Shown here in pieces: positions 45,743 through 54,146 of a stretch of DNA of 64,000 bases; within the stretch, counting starts at the first letter, position 1, and every line of letters begins with the position of its first letter. The notes beneath the pieces are model-generated. The model saw only the letters and a list, made by a program, of their open reading frames with translations. It was not told the DNA's origin and searched no databases. Both the position numbers and the translations under genes were made by a program. Location of the stretch: IMG/VR virus record IMGVR_UViG_3300031998_000024, positions 1-64,000 of that record. One strand, given 5' to 3'. This DNA comes from a virus. Taxonomy: Duplodnaviria > Caudoviricetes.

Positions 45743-46669
45743 ATGGATAAGCAACAATATGTTAGCGTAGGCAACATCATCGAACAAGAGCGTTTGCGCC
45801 GTCAGGCTCAAATTTCTAAGGGTATTCAATCAAACCCGATAGACCATATTGAAAAAGCCTACAATGAAGATTTCGGTGGAAATCTTGAAAAGGGATTTGA
45901 AGATGAAAATTTAATTCGCTTTGCCAGCGATATTTCTGAATTCAATAAAGCAGAAACGGAATTTGCTCTTCATAAGATTCAGCGTCAAATGAATGCTGAC
46001 CCTGAAAGTGAACTTTTGAAATCAATGCGTACTATTGCTCTTAATCATATCAATGATATTGAGAAGGGTGTTTACGCTGATACTCCAGAGAATCGCAAAC
46101 TTGGAAGAGTTGGTAAGCAATACGGAGGTAAGGGTAGCCGTGGCGGTAAGGTTCATGAAACACAATGGGAACAAGCCGCTAAATGGGATGATGCTTATGA
46201 ACAGCATTATAAGGAAAAACATCTTATGATTGATTCAAGCGGTTATCCTGCTAATAATCACCCCAAGGTTGAGCGTTTGAGAGTTATTAGCCTGAAGGGT
46301 GATAAAGCAACTCCTGAAGAGAAAAAGGAAGCAAAGGAAATTCAGGATGAAATTAAGAAGCAAACTGAAGCCTTCAAGGAAAGTGCAAAAGATTATGGTT
46401 TGAGACAAATATCTAAGACCGCTGAATCTTTTAGTAAGTATGGTCCAAGAGTTGGTGTAAACAAGATGTCTAAAAAGATGTTGGATAAGGTTGGCGCCAA
46501 TTTCGGAGTTACTTATAGCAAGGGTGATTACAATGTTGAGGCTATGTGCTATAAGGATAATGATGGTAGCGAGGTTTGGTCTGTCTATGAAGATAAAGAG
46601 GGTGGTAAGGATAAAGAGTTTGATAACGAGAAAGATGCTGTGAAATTTTTTGGTAAGTTGATAGTTTGA
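45743..46669 (+). CDS. Putative internal head protein, tag family member 5
   Basis: ISKG, IEKA, LEKG, FNKA, LLKS, IEKG then VYADTPENRKLGRVGKQYGG (46064-46129). Confidence 0.7.
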   Translation: MDKQQYVSVGNIIEQERLRRQAQISKGIQSNPIDHIEKAYNEDFGGNLEKGFEDENLIRFASDISEFNKAETEFALHKIQRQMNADPESELLKSMRTIALNHINDIEKGVYADTPENRKLGRVGKQYGGKGSRGGKVHETQWEQAAKWDDAYEQHYKEKHLMIDSSGYPANNHPKVERLRVISLKGDKATPEEKKEAKEIQDEIKKQTEAFKESAKDYGLRQISKTAESFSKYGPRVGVNKMSKKMLDKVGANFGVTYSKGDYNVEAMCYKDNDGSEVWSVYEDKEGGKDKEFDNEKDAVKFFGKLIV

Positions 46670-46699
46670 TTAGTTAGTAATCCTGTTATGTATGGCATT

Positions 46700-46727
46700 A
46701 GTCCAACTCTTCACGGGTTGGACTTTT
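46700..46727 (+). terminator. Intrinsic terminator
   Basis: agtccaactc-ttca-cgggttggact + T run. Confidence 0.6.
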
Positions 46728-46776
46728 GTTATCAGGTATTAAAGTAAAAAGAAGTTTAATTAAACAAGTTTGAATT

Positions 46777-47040
46777 ATGAAATCAATGAATGTTCCAGCG
46801 TCATCCCAACAGATTGCTTGTTTAGGATTTGGTAAGAATTTTTCATCAGCTGGTAAGTTACCTGAAGAGGTTAGCGGATATATACGAGTAAAGAATGTTG
46901 GAGCAACGCTTGGTCATATTCGTATTTATGGCGCTGATGGTGATGGTATGGCTTTTTCTCCTGATGAAACAGAATACCTTTATATCAATGAAGGTGAATC
47001 TGTTGAAATCGTTGATGGTTCTTTCAATATAATGTTCTAA
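46777..47040 (+). CDS. Small hypothetical beta-rich protein
   Basis: 87-aa ORF. Confidence 0.65.
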   Translation: MKSMNVPASSQQIACLGFGKNFSSAGKLPEEVSGYIRVKNVGATLGHIRIYGADGDGMAFSPDETEYLYINEGESVEIVDGSFNIMF

Positions 47041-47051
47041 TTTCTGAAATT

Positions 47052-47447
47052 ATGTTATCATCTTTTATTGGTAGATTCGGAAAATTCGGCAATCTTCTGC
47101 GTAGAGTGTTTGCTGATGGTAGTGGTACGGATGAATCAATTGTTACTGTTAAAGATGGTAATAATAATGTTCTTGCAGATACCGCTATACAGATAAAAAG
47201 AGGTTCATATACTTATACATCCGTTACAGATTCTAATGGTCAGGCTACATTAGTAGGTGCTTTGGGAGTATCTTATGTTGTAACGCTTGCTAAGGCTGAT
47301 ATAGAACAGTATGAAATCAACGGTTGGATATTTACCACTCCATCTGATTTTCAATATCCGCAATAGAATAAGGAAACTTGGGATGGCATGTATTCAGATA
47401 CAGACCCGCGAATGTATGTAAATACTTGGGATGGCGAAAACGCTTAA
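47052..47447 (+). CDS. Ig-like domain protein with WDGM motif, interrupted by in-frame TAG at 47364-47366
   Basis: Frame continues NKETWDGMYSDTDPRMYVNTWDGENA to TAA 47445-47447, matching the paralog C-termini. Confidence 0.7.
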
Positions 47448-47483
47448 TAAGGTTGGATTTTAGGATTTGGTTAATATTTAGTG

Positions 47484-47513
47484 AGGAAGGGCTGAAAAGC
47501 CCTTCCTTTTTTT
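47484..47513 (+). terminator. Intrinsic terminator
   Basis: aggaagggct-gaaa-agcccttcct + T run. Confidence 0.85.
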
Positions 47514-47573
47514 ATCAATAAAACGCAGCAAAGTTTTTTACTTCAAGAAATGAACTTTGTAAAAATCTAAATC

Positions 47574-48353
47574 ATGGAAATTGAAAAAGTATTAGACAAG
47601 TTGCGTAAATTACAAAGGTTGTATAATAGCGCAACAAAAATCAACAACGAAGGTGAAGCCGCTGCCGCTGCTGAAATGATTCAGAGGTTGCTTATTAAGT
47701 ACAACTTAACAATGGAAGAAGTTGGTACAGATGAGCAAAAGAAATCAGCTAACGAAATAAAGGAATGCATAGTATCAGGATTCACTCATACATCAATTGG
47801 CGGTGTTTGGGAATATCGGTTATGGAATTGTTTGTGTAAACATAATTTCTGTCGTTGTTATATGTATGGTAATTCATACAAACGCTTAATTCTTTTAGGT
47901 AACAGTGAGAATATTGAGGTTGTTAAATGGATGTTTAATATGCTTTCAGAGCGTTTTGTTCATTTTTCATCCGAACAATTCAAAAAGTATAAGGAAACTG
48001 ATGAATATATTTTCGCTGTTCGTAAGTGTTCAAAAGACCGTTATCAACGCGGTTATTTAATTGGAGCAGTGGATGGTTTGAATAGAAAACTTACTGAAAT
48101 CGCTGAGCGTAATAAAAAGCAGGAGCCTGAATTATCTGCTAAGATTACAGCGTTGACGATTCGCAATGATGGCGCGATTACGGATTATGTTCATGATAAA
48201 TGGGGTGGTGTTAGAACAGTAAAAACGAATTTCACCGCTGGTATTCGTGATAGTCGTGAAAGAGGTTATCGTGATGGCTATAATACAGATATAAATAAAC
48301 CGATACAAGAAAATCATAAGCGTGCCGCTTCAACTGTTAAATTACTGGGTTAG
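47574..48353 (+). CDS. DUF2786-domain protein
   Basis: VLDKLRKL...NEGEAAAAAEMIQRLLIKYNL N-terminal signature. Confidence 0.75.
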   Translation: MEIEKVLDKLRKLQRLYNSATKINNEGEAAAAAEMIQRLLIKYNLTMEEVGTDEQKKSANEIKECIVSGFTHTSIGGVWEYRLWNCLCKHNFCRCYMYGNSYKRLILLGNSENIEVVKWMFNMLSERFVHFSSEQFKKYKETDEYIFAVRKCSKDRYQRGYLIGAVDGLNRKLTEIAERNKKQEPELSAKITALTIRNDGAITDYVHDKWGGVRTVKTNFTAGIRDSRERGYRDGYNTDINKPIQENHKRAASTVKLLG

Positions 48354-48379
48354 ACTTTAATAAGGGTTATTTATTGACG

Positions 48380-48418
48380 GACTATGGGTGACCTTCACAG
48401 GTCGCTCATAGTTTTTTT
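48380..48418 (+). terminator. Intrinsic terminator
   Basis: gactatgggtgacct-tcac-aggtcgctcatagt + T run. Confidence 0.7.
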
Positions 48419-48527
48419 ATAGTAGGAATTAAAAATAAATAGTGAAATATGGATAAATTTGTTATATAAAATCGCTGGAATATAATATTCAACAGCTATT
48501 AGTTTTATGAATTAAGTAATTTAATTA

Positions 48528-49427
48528 ATGATTGGAATAATTTATAAATATAGTATTTTAGGAGGTTGTAAGTATTATGGACATCATCCATTTTATGTCG
48601 GTCAACATTGGGAAAGAAATAGTTTAGATGAATTCTTATCAGTTGATGCTGTTTATATTGGAAGTGGCAAAAATTGGTTGAAATTCATTGAAGAATTAAG
48701 GATAAAATATCCGTTTAAGTGGCGATATTTAATTAAGCGTGAAGTTCTATATGCCAAAGAGGATATTTCTCAAAAAGCATTAGATGCTCTTGAACAACAT
48801 TTTATTAAGAAAGAGAAAGCGCATTATTCATATAGATTAGGCGGTTGTAACATCTTATGGGGCACCGCTAATGAGTTCGGTTCAGGAAGTCCGATGAAAG
48901 ACCCGAATATTGCCGATAAAGTTATTAAACAGCTTTTAGGCAGAAAGGGTGCTAAAAGGTCTGAAATAGGTAAAAGGAATATGAGTATTGCCGCTAAAAA
49001 ATCTTGGACTGGAAAAAATGGAGAGTTGAGGAGAAAAAACTTATCGCAAAAAATGAAAGAATATTGCTCAAGACAAGATGTTAAAGAAAAGAGGTCAAAA
49101 ATAAACAAGGGAAAAACATTTTCAGAAGAGCATAGGAGGCATATATCAGAAAATCATGCTGATTTTAAGGGAGAAAAACATCCAATATATGGTAAGCATT
49201 TATCTGAAGAGACGAGAAGAAAAATAAGCAATGCTAATAAAGGAAGAAAGGTGTCTGAAGAGACGAGAAGAAAAATGTCTGAAAGTAAAAAGGAGTATTT
49301 CAAGACTCATAAAGCCCATAATGCTGGTAAGGTTGGGATATTTCATCATTCTGAAGAGACGAAAAGAATTTTATCGCAGAAACATTTAATCATAAATGCA
49401 AATAAATGTAAAAATGAAAAAAAATAA
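48528..49427 (+). CDS. GIY-YIG-type homing endonuclease with NUMOD3-like repeats
   Basis: GIIYKY...FYVGQH...YIGSG; repeated SEETRRK(I/M)S motifs. Confidence 0.85.
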   Translation: MIGIIYKYSILGGCKYYGHHPFYVGQHWERNSLDEFLSVDAVYIGSGKNWLKFIEELRIKYPFKWRYLIKREVLYAKEDISQKALDALEQHFIKKEKAHYSYRLGGCNILWGTANEFGSGSPMKDPNIADKVIKQLLGRKGAKRSEIGKRNMSIAAKKSWTGKNGELRRKNLSQKMKEYCSRQDVKEKRSKINKGKTFSEEHRRHISENHADFKGEKHPIYGKHLSEETRRKISNANKGRKVSEETRRKMSESKKEYFKTHKAHNAGKVGIFHHSEETKRILSQKHLIINANKCKNEKK

Positions 49428-50412
49428 CATTTTGGTGGACGGCAATTTTTGCATACATAAAGCATTCGCAGTTTGGTCAACTTATTATCAAGATGCTAAA
49501 AAAACACAAGAAGAAAACGAACAGTTAATAATCAAAGCATTACTTGATAAAGAAAAAAGACAAATTTTTCTGCGTAAAGTTATCATTGACCTATGTTTCT
49601 CAGTTCGGAAATTTAGTGAGAAGCCTGATAGTTTGGTTGTAGTCATTGATTCACACTCCTGGAGATATAAGTTCTATGACAATTATAAATATGCCCTTAC
49701 GCGTGTGAATGCATCGTATTATCAAGAATTTTGTAATATGATAGATTATGTTGAAGAGTTCTTTACAAAGAAGGGTTTAATCGTTAGCCGCGTTCCAGGT
49801 GCTGAAGGTGATGATTTGCTTTATCTTTGGAGTATATACTTCAATCAAGTTTTGGATGAGCCTTGTATTATCATTACTGGTGATTCCGATATAAGACAAA
49901 TCATGAATTCAAACATAGCAATTTTCAACAATAATTCAAAGAATCTACATCTTTACTGTACTCCAGATAGAGAGGTGTATTGGAATGAGAGAATGGAATC
50001 AGATGTTATGGTTGAACCAACAGTTCCGTTTGAGGTTGTTTTATATAAAACATTGATGGGTGATAAATCTGATAATATACCTAAGATTAAAAACGGAATT
50101 GGTGATGTTGGTTTTCGTAAATTCATTAATTCAATAACTCCATACACTAAACCACAAGAAGGAACAACTCTTACAGCAATGGCTATGTGGATTGCTGATA
50201 GGTTTTCAAAATTTGCTAAGTTAGATTATGAAGATACGCTTGGTAAGGTTTTATTTAATTTGAAAATGACTTGGTTGAATCTTGAAACATATAATGGTAT
50301 CAATGAAGAGTTGTTGCATAAGATGTTGAACGATATAAAGAACAAGAAAAACAATTACAGTTATAAGAAGTCATACACATTGGAAGATTTCTATGGTATG
50401 ATGATAAAATAA
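49414..50412 (+). CDS. 5'-3' exonuclease / T4 RNase H-like flap endonuclease
   Basis: VDGN, EGDD, TGDSD, GDKSDNIP..GIG motifs. Confidence 0.88.
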   Translation: MKKNNILVDGNFCIHKAFAVWSTYYQDAKKTQEENEQLIIKALLDKEKRQIFLRKVIIDLCFSVRKFSEKPDSLVVVIDSHSWRYKFYDNYKYALTRVNASYYQEFCNMIDYVEEFFTKKGLIVSRVPGAEGDDLLYLWSIYFNQVLDEPCIIITGDSDIRQIMNSNIAIFNNNSKNLHLYCTPDREVYWNERMESDVMVEPTVPFEVVLYKTLMGDKSDNIPKIKNGIGDVGFRKFINSITPYTKPQEGTTLTAMAMWIADRFSKFAKLDYEDTLGKVLFNLKMTWLNLETYNGINEELLHKMLNDIKNKKNNYSYKKSYTLEDFYGMMIK

Positions 50413-50433
50413 CTTAATTAAAAATTTTGAATT

Positions 50434-51369
50434 ATGAGCAAAGATTTAAGCGTTACCGATGCTTTTCAGAAGCATCTTGCCCAAAGAAGGGCAAACATTA
50501 TTAGAATGTTCAACAATCCTGAAGATGCTGTTGGCATTAGTAAAGCCGAAGAAAATGACGACTTTGAAGAAGATGACGACAAGATGAAGAAGGGTTGTGG
50601 TGACGGCAAAGAAATTGAAAAAGAAAATCCTGAAGAAACTGAAATGGAAAATGAGGATTCTGAAGAGGATGAAGATGAGAAGACAGATGCTGAAAAGGCT
50701 GAGTTAATTGACCTGATTGGCGTGGAACAATTGGATGTTTGGAAGGCTGAAATTGATGAATTGGCTACTAATTACGATTCTTTCAATGAAACCGAAAAGG
50801 CTGAAAAGATGCAAGCAATTGATACTGAAATCAATGGTTTCGCTGAAGTTTCAGGCTTAGAAAAATCCGATATTCTGTATGCTTTAAGCGGTTATGATAC
50901 CAAGTTTAAGTTCCGCAAGACTGGTAAGGAAATTAAGGAACAAATCAACACCGCTGTTATTCCTGGTCTTAATGCTAAACTTGCTACTGCGAAAACTGAG
51001 GCTGAAAATTTGTTGAAGGAATGCGGTGATGCTCCTACTCATGATGTTCCAGAGTATTGGACTGGTGAACTGCATATTGAAATGCCTTATAAGTATTACG
51101 AATGGGATGAAACAAGGGTTCCTGAAAATAATCCTTCTATCAGCGTTGTTGCTTCATTCTCACCCGATTCTTATAAGCAGCGTTGTTGTAAGAATGCTCC
51201 TGCTTCTCCTGAAGAGGCTGAGATGCGTTGCAAGTATAATGAACAGATTCGTAAGATTTGTAATATCACAACCGATATTAAGGCTTGCGAAATTGTGTCC
51301 AAGAATTTGAAAGATAGCGAGGGTGTTGAACTTAATGTTCGTCAATTGCTTGCTTTCAAGTTCGTTTAA
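50434..51369 (+). CDS. Acidic protein, possible scaffold/internal head protein
   Basis: Highly acidic; ISKA, MKKG, VWKA, LEKS motifs; terminator downstream. Confidence 0.55.
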   Translation: MSKDLSVTDAFQKHLAQRRANIIRMFNNPEDAVGISKAEENDDFEEDDDKMKKGCGDGKEIEKENPEETEMENEDSEEDEDEKTDAEKAELIDLIGVEQLDVWKAEIDELATNYDSFNETEKAEKMQAIDTEINGFAEVSGLEKSDILYALSGYDTKFKFRKTGKEIKEQINTAVIPGLNAKLATAKTEAENLLKECGDAPTHDVPEYWTGELHIEMPYKYYEWDETRVPENNPSISVVASFSPDSYKQRCCKNAPASPEEAEMRCKYNEQIRKICNITTDIKACEIVSKNLKDSEGVELNVRQLLAFKFV

Positions 51370-51403
51370 TCAGAAACATTCTTGTAATTTTTCATTTTTT
51401 TTA

Positions 51404-51441
51404 TTTGGCCGCTTATAGCAATATTGGCGGTCAAAGTTTTT
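51404..51441 (+). terminator. Intrinsic terminator
   Basis: tttggccgct...ggcggtcaaa + T run. Confidence 0.6.
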
Positions 51442-51475
51442 ATAGCATAGTTTCTTATTATATAAGATTAATGCT

Positions 51476-51781
51476 ATGGATAATCCCTGGAGATATTTTA
51501 AGATAGGTGATGTTGTTACTAATGAAACAAGTTTCGGGAAGAAAAAACGTTTTGTTATTATATCAATGCGCGGAAATTCATATTGTCCGTTAATTGATGT
51601 TCATCCTATCTTCAAAGAAAAAGTTGTTTGCACATTTATACCATCTTTAATGAAATTGGTTGATAGTCCTAACAGACCATTCAGACGATTGAAAAGGGAT
51701 GTTTTATTGAAAGTAAACAAGAAGGGGAATGTTGAAGCAAAACGAGAAATAACAATGAGATTATACAATAAAGAATTTTAA
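51476..51781 (+). CDS. Hypothetical basic protein (SH3/KOW-like start)
   Basis: FKIGDVV motif. Confidence 0.6.
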   Translation: MDNPWRYFKIGDVVTNETSFGKKKRFVIISMRGNSYCPLIDVHPIFKEKVVCTFIPSLMKLVDSPNRPFRRLKRDVLLKVNKKGNVEAKREITMRLYNKEF

Positions 51782-51782
51782 T

Positions 51783-52913
51783 ATGGCTACTACAAAAATG
51801 TTTGCAAATTGGTCGTTTTTTAATCAGTTACCTGACGACAGTATTGATGTTCATGAAGAAAACAAACGCTTATTCTTTTGGCTAATGCATGAAAGAATGT
51901 GTATTTGGAAGCGGAGGTTTGTTGATAAACAAGAAAGACCTTGGACAAAAAATGAGATTTTGAGAGATTATAAATTCACTAATATTTATCGTGAATTAGA
52001 TAGAAATAGTCAATGGCAAATTAAAAACATTTTGCTTGATGATTCTCTTAGTTTAAGAAATCTGATTTGGAAGTTGATGGTTTTCCGTTTCTTTAATAGT
52101 CCTGAAACATTTACATTTGAACCTAAAAACGCTAATGGTATTCAAGGTGATTTGTTTGGAGAGCCTGTGAAAAGCGGATTGAAGCAAGTTCAGAATCCCA
52201 ATGAATTGATTTCTGCTAAGCGTTGGAAAAATGGAATACCTGATTATGATGAATACGATGAAGATGAATTTAGCCGCTTTATTGCAGGCATACGGAGCAC
52301 TGGTCAGAATCCTTATACCACCGCTTATTTAATTAACAGTCAAGCAACCCCAGGACAACCACGAGATTATTGCTACACGCGTGTAGTTATTCCTGAATTA
52401 CATCGTCGCCTTCCTGATTTAATTAAGACTGTGTTAAAAGCGGAAAATCCTGAAGATATTATTTCATTCTTGACTAAGATGCCCGCTGTTGCAGATTTTA
52501 TTGCACATGAATTTTATCAAGATTTTACATATATTCCGCGTTACACGAATAGGAAATTTATGAAATTTGACCAAAACGATTATACTAATGTTGGTCCAGG
52601 TGCGAGCGTTGGAATAAGATTGATTTATCCTTCATTACCAAATATAAAGGAACAAAAGAAGGGCATATATTGGTTACGCGATGAAGCTGAAAAGCAGTTA
52701 AGTGATATTGCTAAGGAAAAGGGTGAACCGATGTATTATCTTGATTGGGATAAGAATAAGCGTGAGTATGTATTTTCCGATTATTGTAACATTACTCTTC
52801 ATCAGATTGAAATGTGGTTATGTGAGTTCCAAAAATATTGGAAGATGACTATAAAAACAGGAAAACAGCGTTCCAAGTTTGAGCCTAAGACAAAAAGTTT
52901 GATTGTTAATTAA
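51783..52913 (+). CDS. aGPT-Pplase1 / 5-hmdU-modification-associated helical domain protein
   Basis: ERMCIWKRR...PWTKNEILRDYKFTNIYRELDR and QIEMWLCEFQKY signatures. Confidence 0.8.
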   Translation: MATTKMFANWSFFNQLPDDSIDVHEENKRLFFWLMHERMCIWKRRFVDKQERPWTKNEILRDYKFTNIYRELDRNSQWQIKNILLDDSLSLRNLIWKLMVFRFFNSPETFTFEPKNANGIQGDLFGEPVKSGLKQVQNPNELISAKRWKNGIPDYDEYDEDEFSRFIAGIRSTGQNPYTTAYLINSQATPGQPRDYCYTRVVIPELHRRLPDLIKTVLKAENPEDIISFLTKMPAVADFIAHEFYQDFTYIPRYTNRKFMKFDQNDYTNVGPGASVGIRLIYPSLPNIKEQKKGIYWLRDEAEKQLSDIAKEKGEPMYYLDWDKNKREYVFSDYCNITLHQIEMWLCEFQKYWKMTIKTGKQRSKFEPKTKSLIVN

Positions 52914-52921
52914 GGTTTGAA

Positions 52922-53263
52922 ATGATAAGTAAGAAATTAAGTGAATTGCCTGAGCAATTAGAATTTGATTACAACTTAGTAAGCATAGAACTTGATACAT
53001 CACCAAATCGGTTAAGATACATATCATCAGCCGATTTGGATGATGCTGTTAGAAAAGATGCTTTTGATTTATTTTATAATAATCTGCGTCAAAATAATGC
53101 TGTTGTAGTTAGTTTTGATAATAATGCTGACATGTATGAATACGGCGATGACGCTTTGGTTATTGTATTGTTTGAGAATGAATCAACTCGTTTTATCATA
53201 TTCGATATTCAAGATGCTAAGAAAATTGAAAACGCTATCTTTTATGCAAAAGAGGAATGTTAG
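52922..53263 (+). CDS. Hypothetical protein
   Basis: 113-aa ORF. Confidence 0.65.
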   Translation: MISKKLSELPEQLEFDYNLVSIELDTSPNRLRYISSADLDDAVRKDAFDLFYNNLRQNNAVVVSFDNNADMYEYGDDALVIVLFENESTRFIIFDIQDAKKIENAIFYAKEEC

Positions 53264-53313
53264 CAATTATTAAAGAGTAGTAGTAAGAAGTTTAACAAAT
53301 AAATCTATTCATT

Positions 53314-54018
53314 ATGAAAGTTTTTGCAATTCAAATTACATTAAACGGAAATCCTGAAAGTATCTTCATAAAAACCAATGCTGATGCGTCTAAGGTAAAG
53401 AATTTTACAATTATTGATGTAATTAAACCTAACGGAATTGGTGATTTGCCGATACGCGCTGGTTTGGTAATGAATTACTCAGAGTTGCTTGATAAAATCG
53501 CTTTGAGTGATGCTATGGGATTGATTTCTGTTTCTGCCGTTAAGGTTCAAGACGGTGACGATACCGATGTTATTACAAGTGAACTACCTACTATTAAAAC
53601 AGTTACTGTTTCTGTTAGCAATACTGGGGCGATTCTGAAAATAAACGGAAAACGGGTTGTTGGATTGACTTGGGTCGGTTATTTACACGCTGGTGAATCT
53701 GTGACTTATGAGGCTTCAAAGAACGGTTATGTTACACAATCAGACACTTTGACTGTTAGTTCGTCTAACATTACAGAAAGTATTACTTTGGTAGAGTTGA
53801 AACATGTTAGCATTTCTGTTACTAATGAAGGTGCTACTTTGAAAATTGATAATGTAGCGCAAAGCGGTTTAAGTTGGGAGGGTGATGTAGCGGTTGGTGA
53901 TTCTGTTGATTATGAAGCATCACTTGAAGGTTATACGACGCAATCGGGTACTGTGAGCGTTACGGATGCTGCAACTGTTTCAGACCTAACTGTTGAAATA
54001 AAATTAGTTTCTGCGTAA
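53314..54018 (+). CDS. Protein with two tandem PEGA/Ig-like domains
   Basis: Duplicated GAxLKIxx...GLxWxG...GxSVxYEASxxGYxTQS. Confidence 0.7.
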   Translation: MKVFAIQITLNGNPESIFIKTNADASKVKNFTIIDVIKPNGIGDLPIRAGLVMNYSELLDKIALSDAMGLISVSAVKVQDGDDTDVITSELPTIKTVTVSVSNTGAILKINGKRVVGLTWVGYLHAGESVTYEASKNGYVTQSDTLTVSSSNITESITLVELKHVSISVTNEGATLKIDNVAQSGLSWEGDVAVGDSVDYEASLEGYTTQSGTVSVTDAATVSDLTVEIKLVSA

Positions 54019-54053
54019 ACATACCTTTGTTTGAGAATATTTTTCATTTGATT

Positions 54054-54084
54054 TCGGCAGGGCATTCGTGTTCTGCCGATTTTT
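54054..54084 (+). terminator. Intrinsic terminator
   Basis: tcggcagggca-ttcg-tgttctgccga + T run. Confidence 0.75.
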
Positions 54085-54146
54085 ATTTTTAATAAACAAG
54101 TGTTTCAGATATAAATTGAAAAAGTATAAATAAATAGAATTGTAAA

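Noticed and set aside
54022-54029. TACCTTTG as a Bacteroidetes -7 element for the portal gene
   Set aside because: No -33 TTTG at 19-21 nt spacing, and it lies upstream of a terminator hairpin
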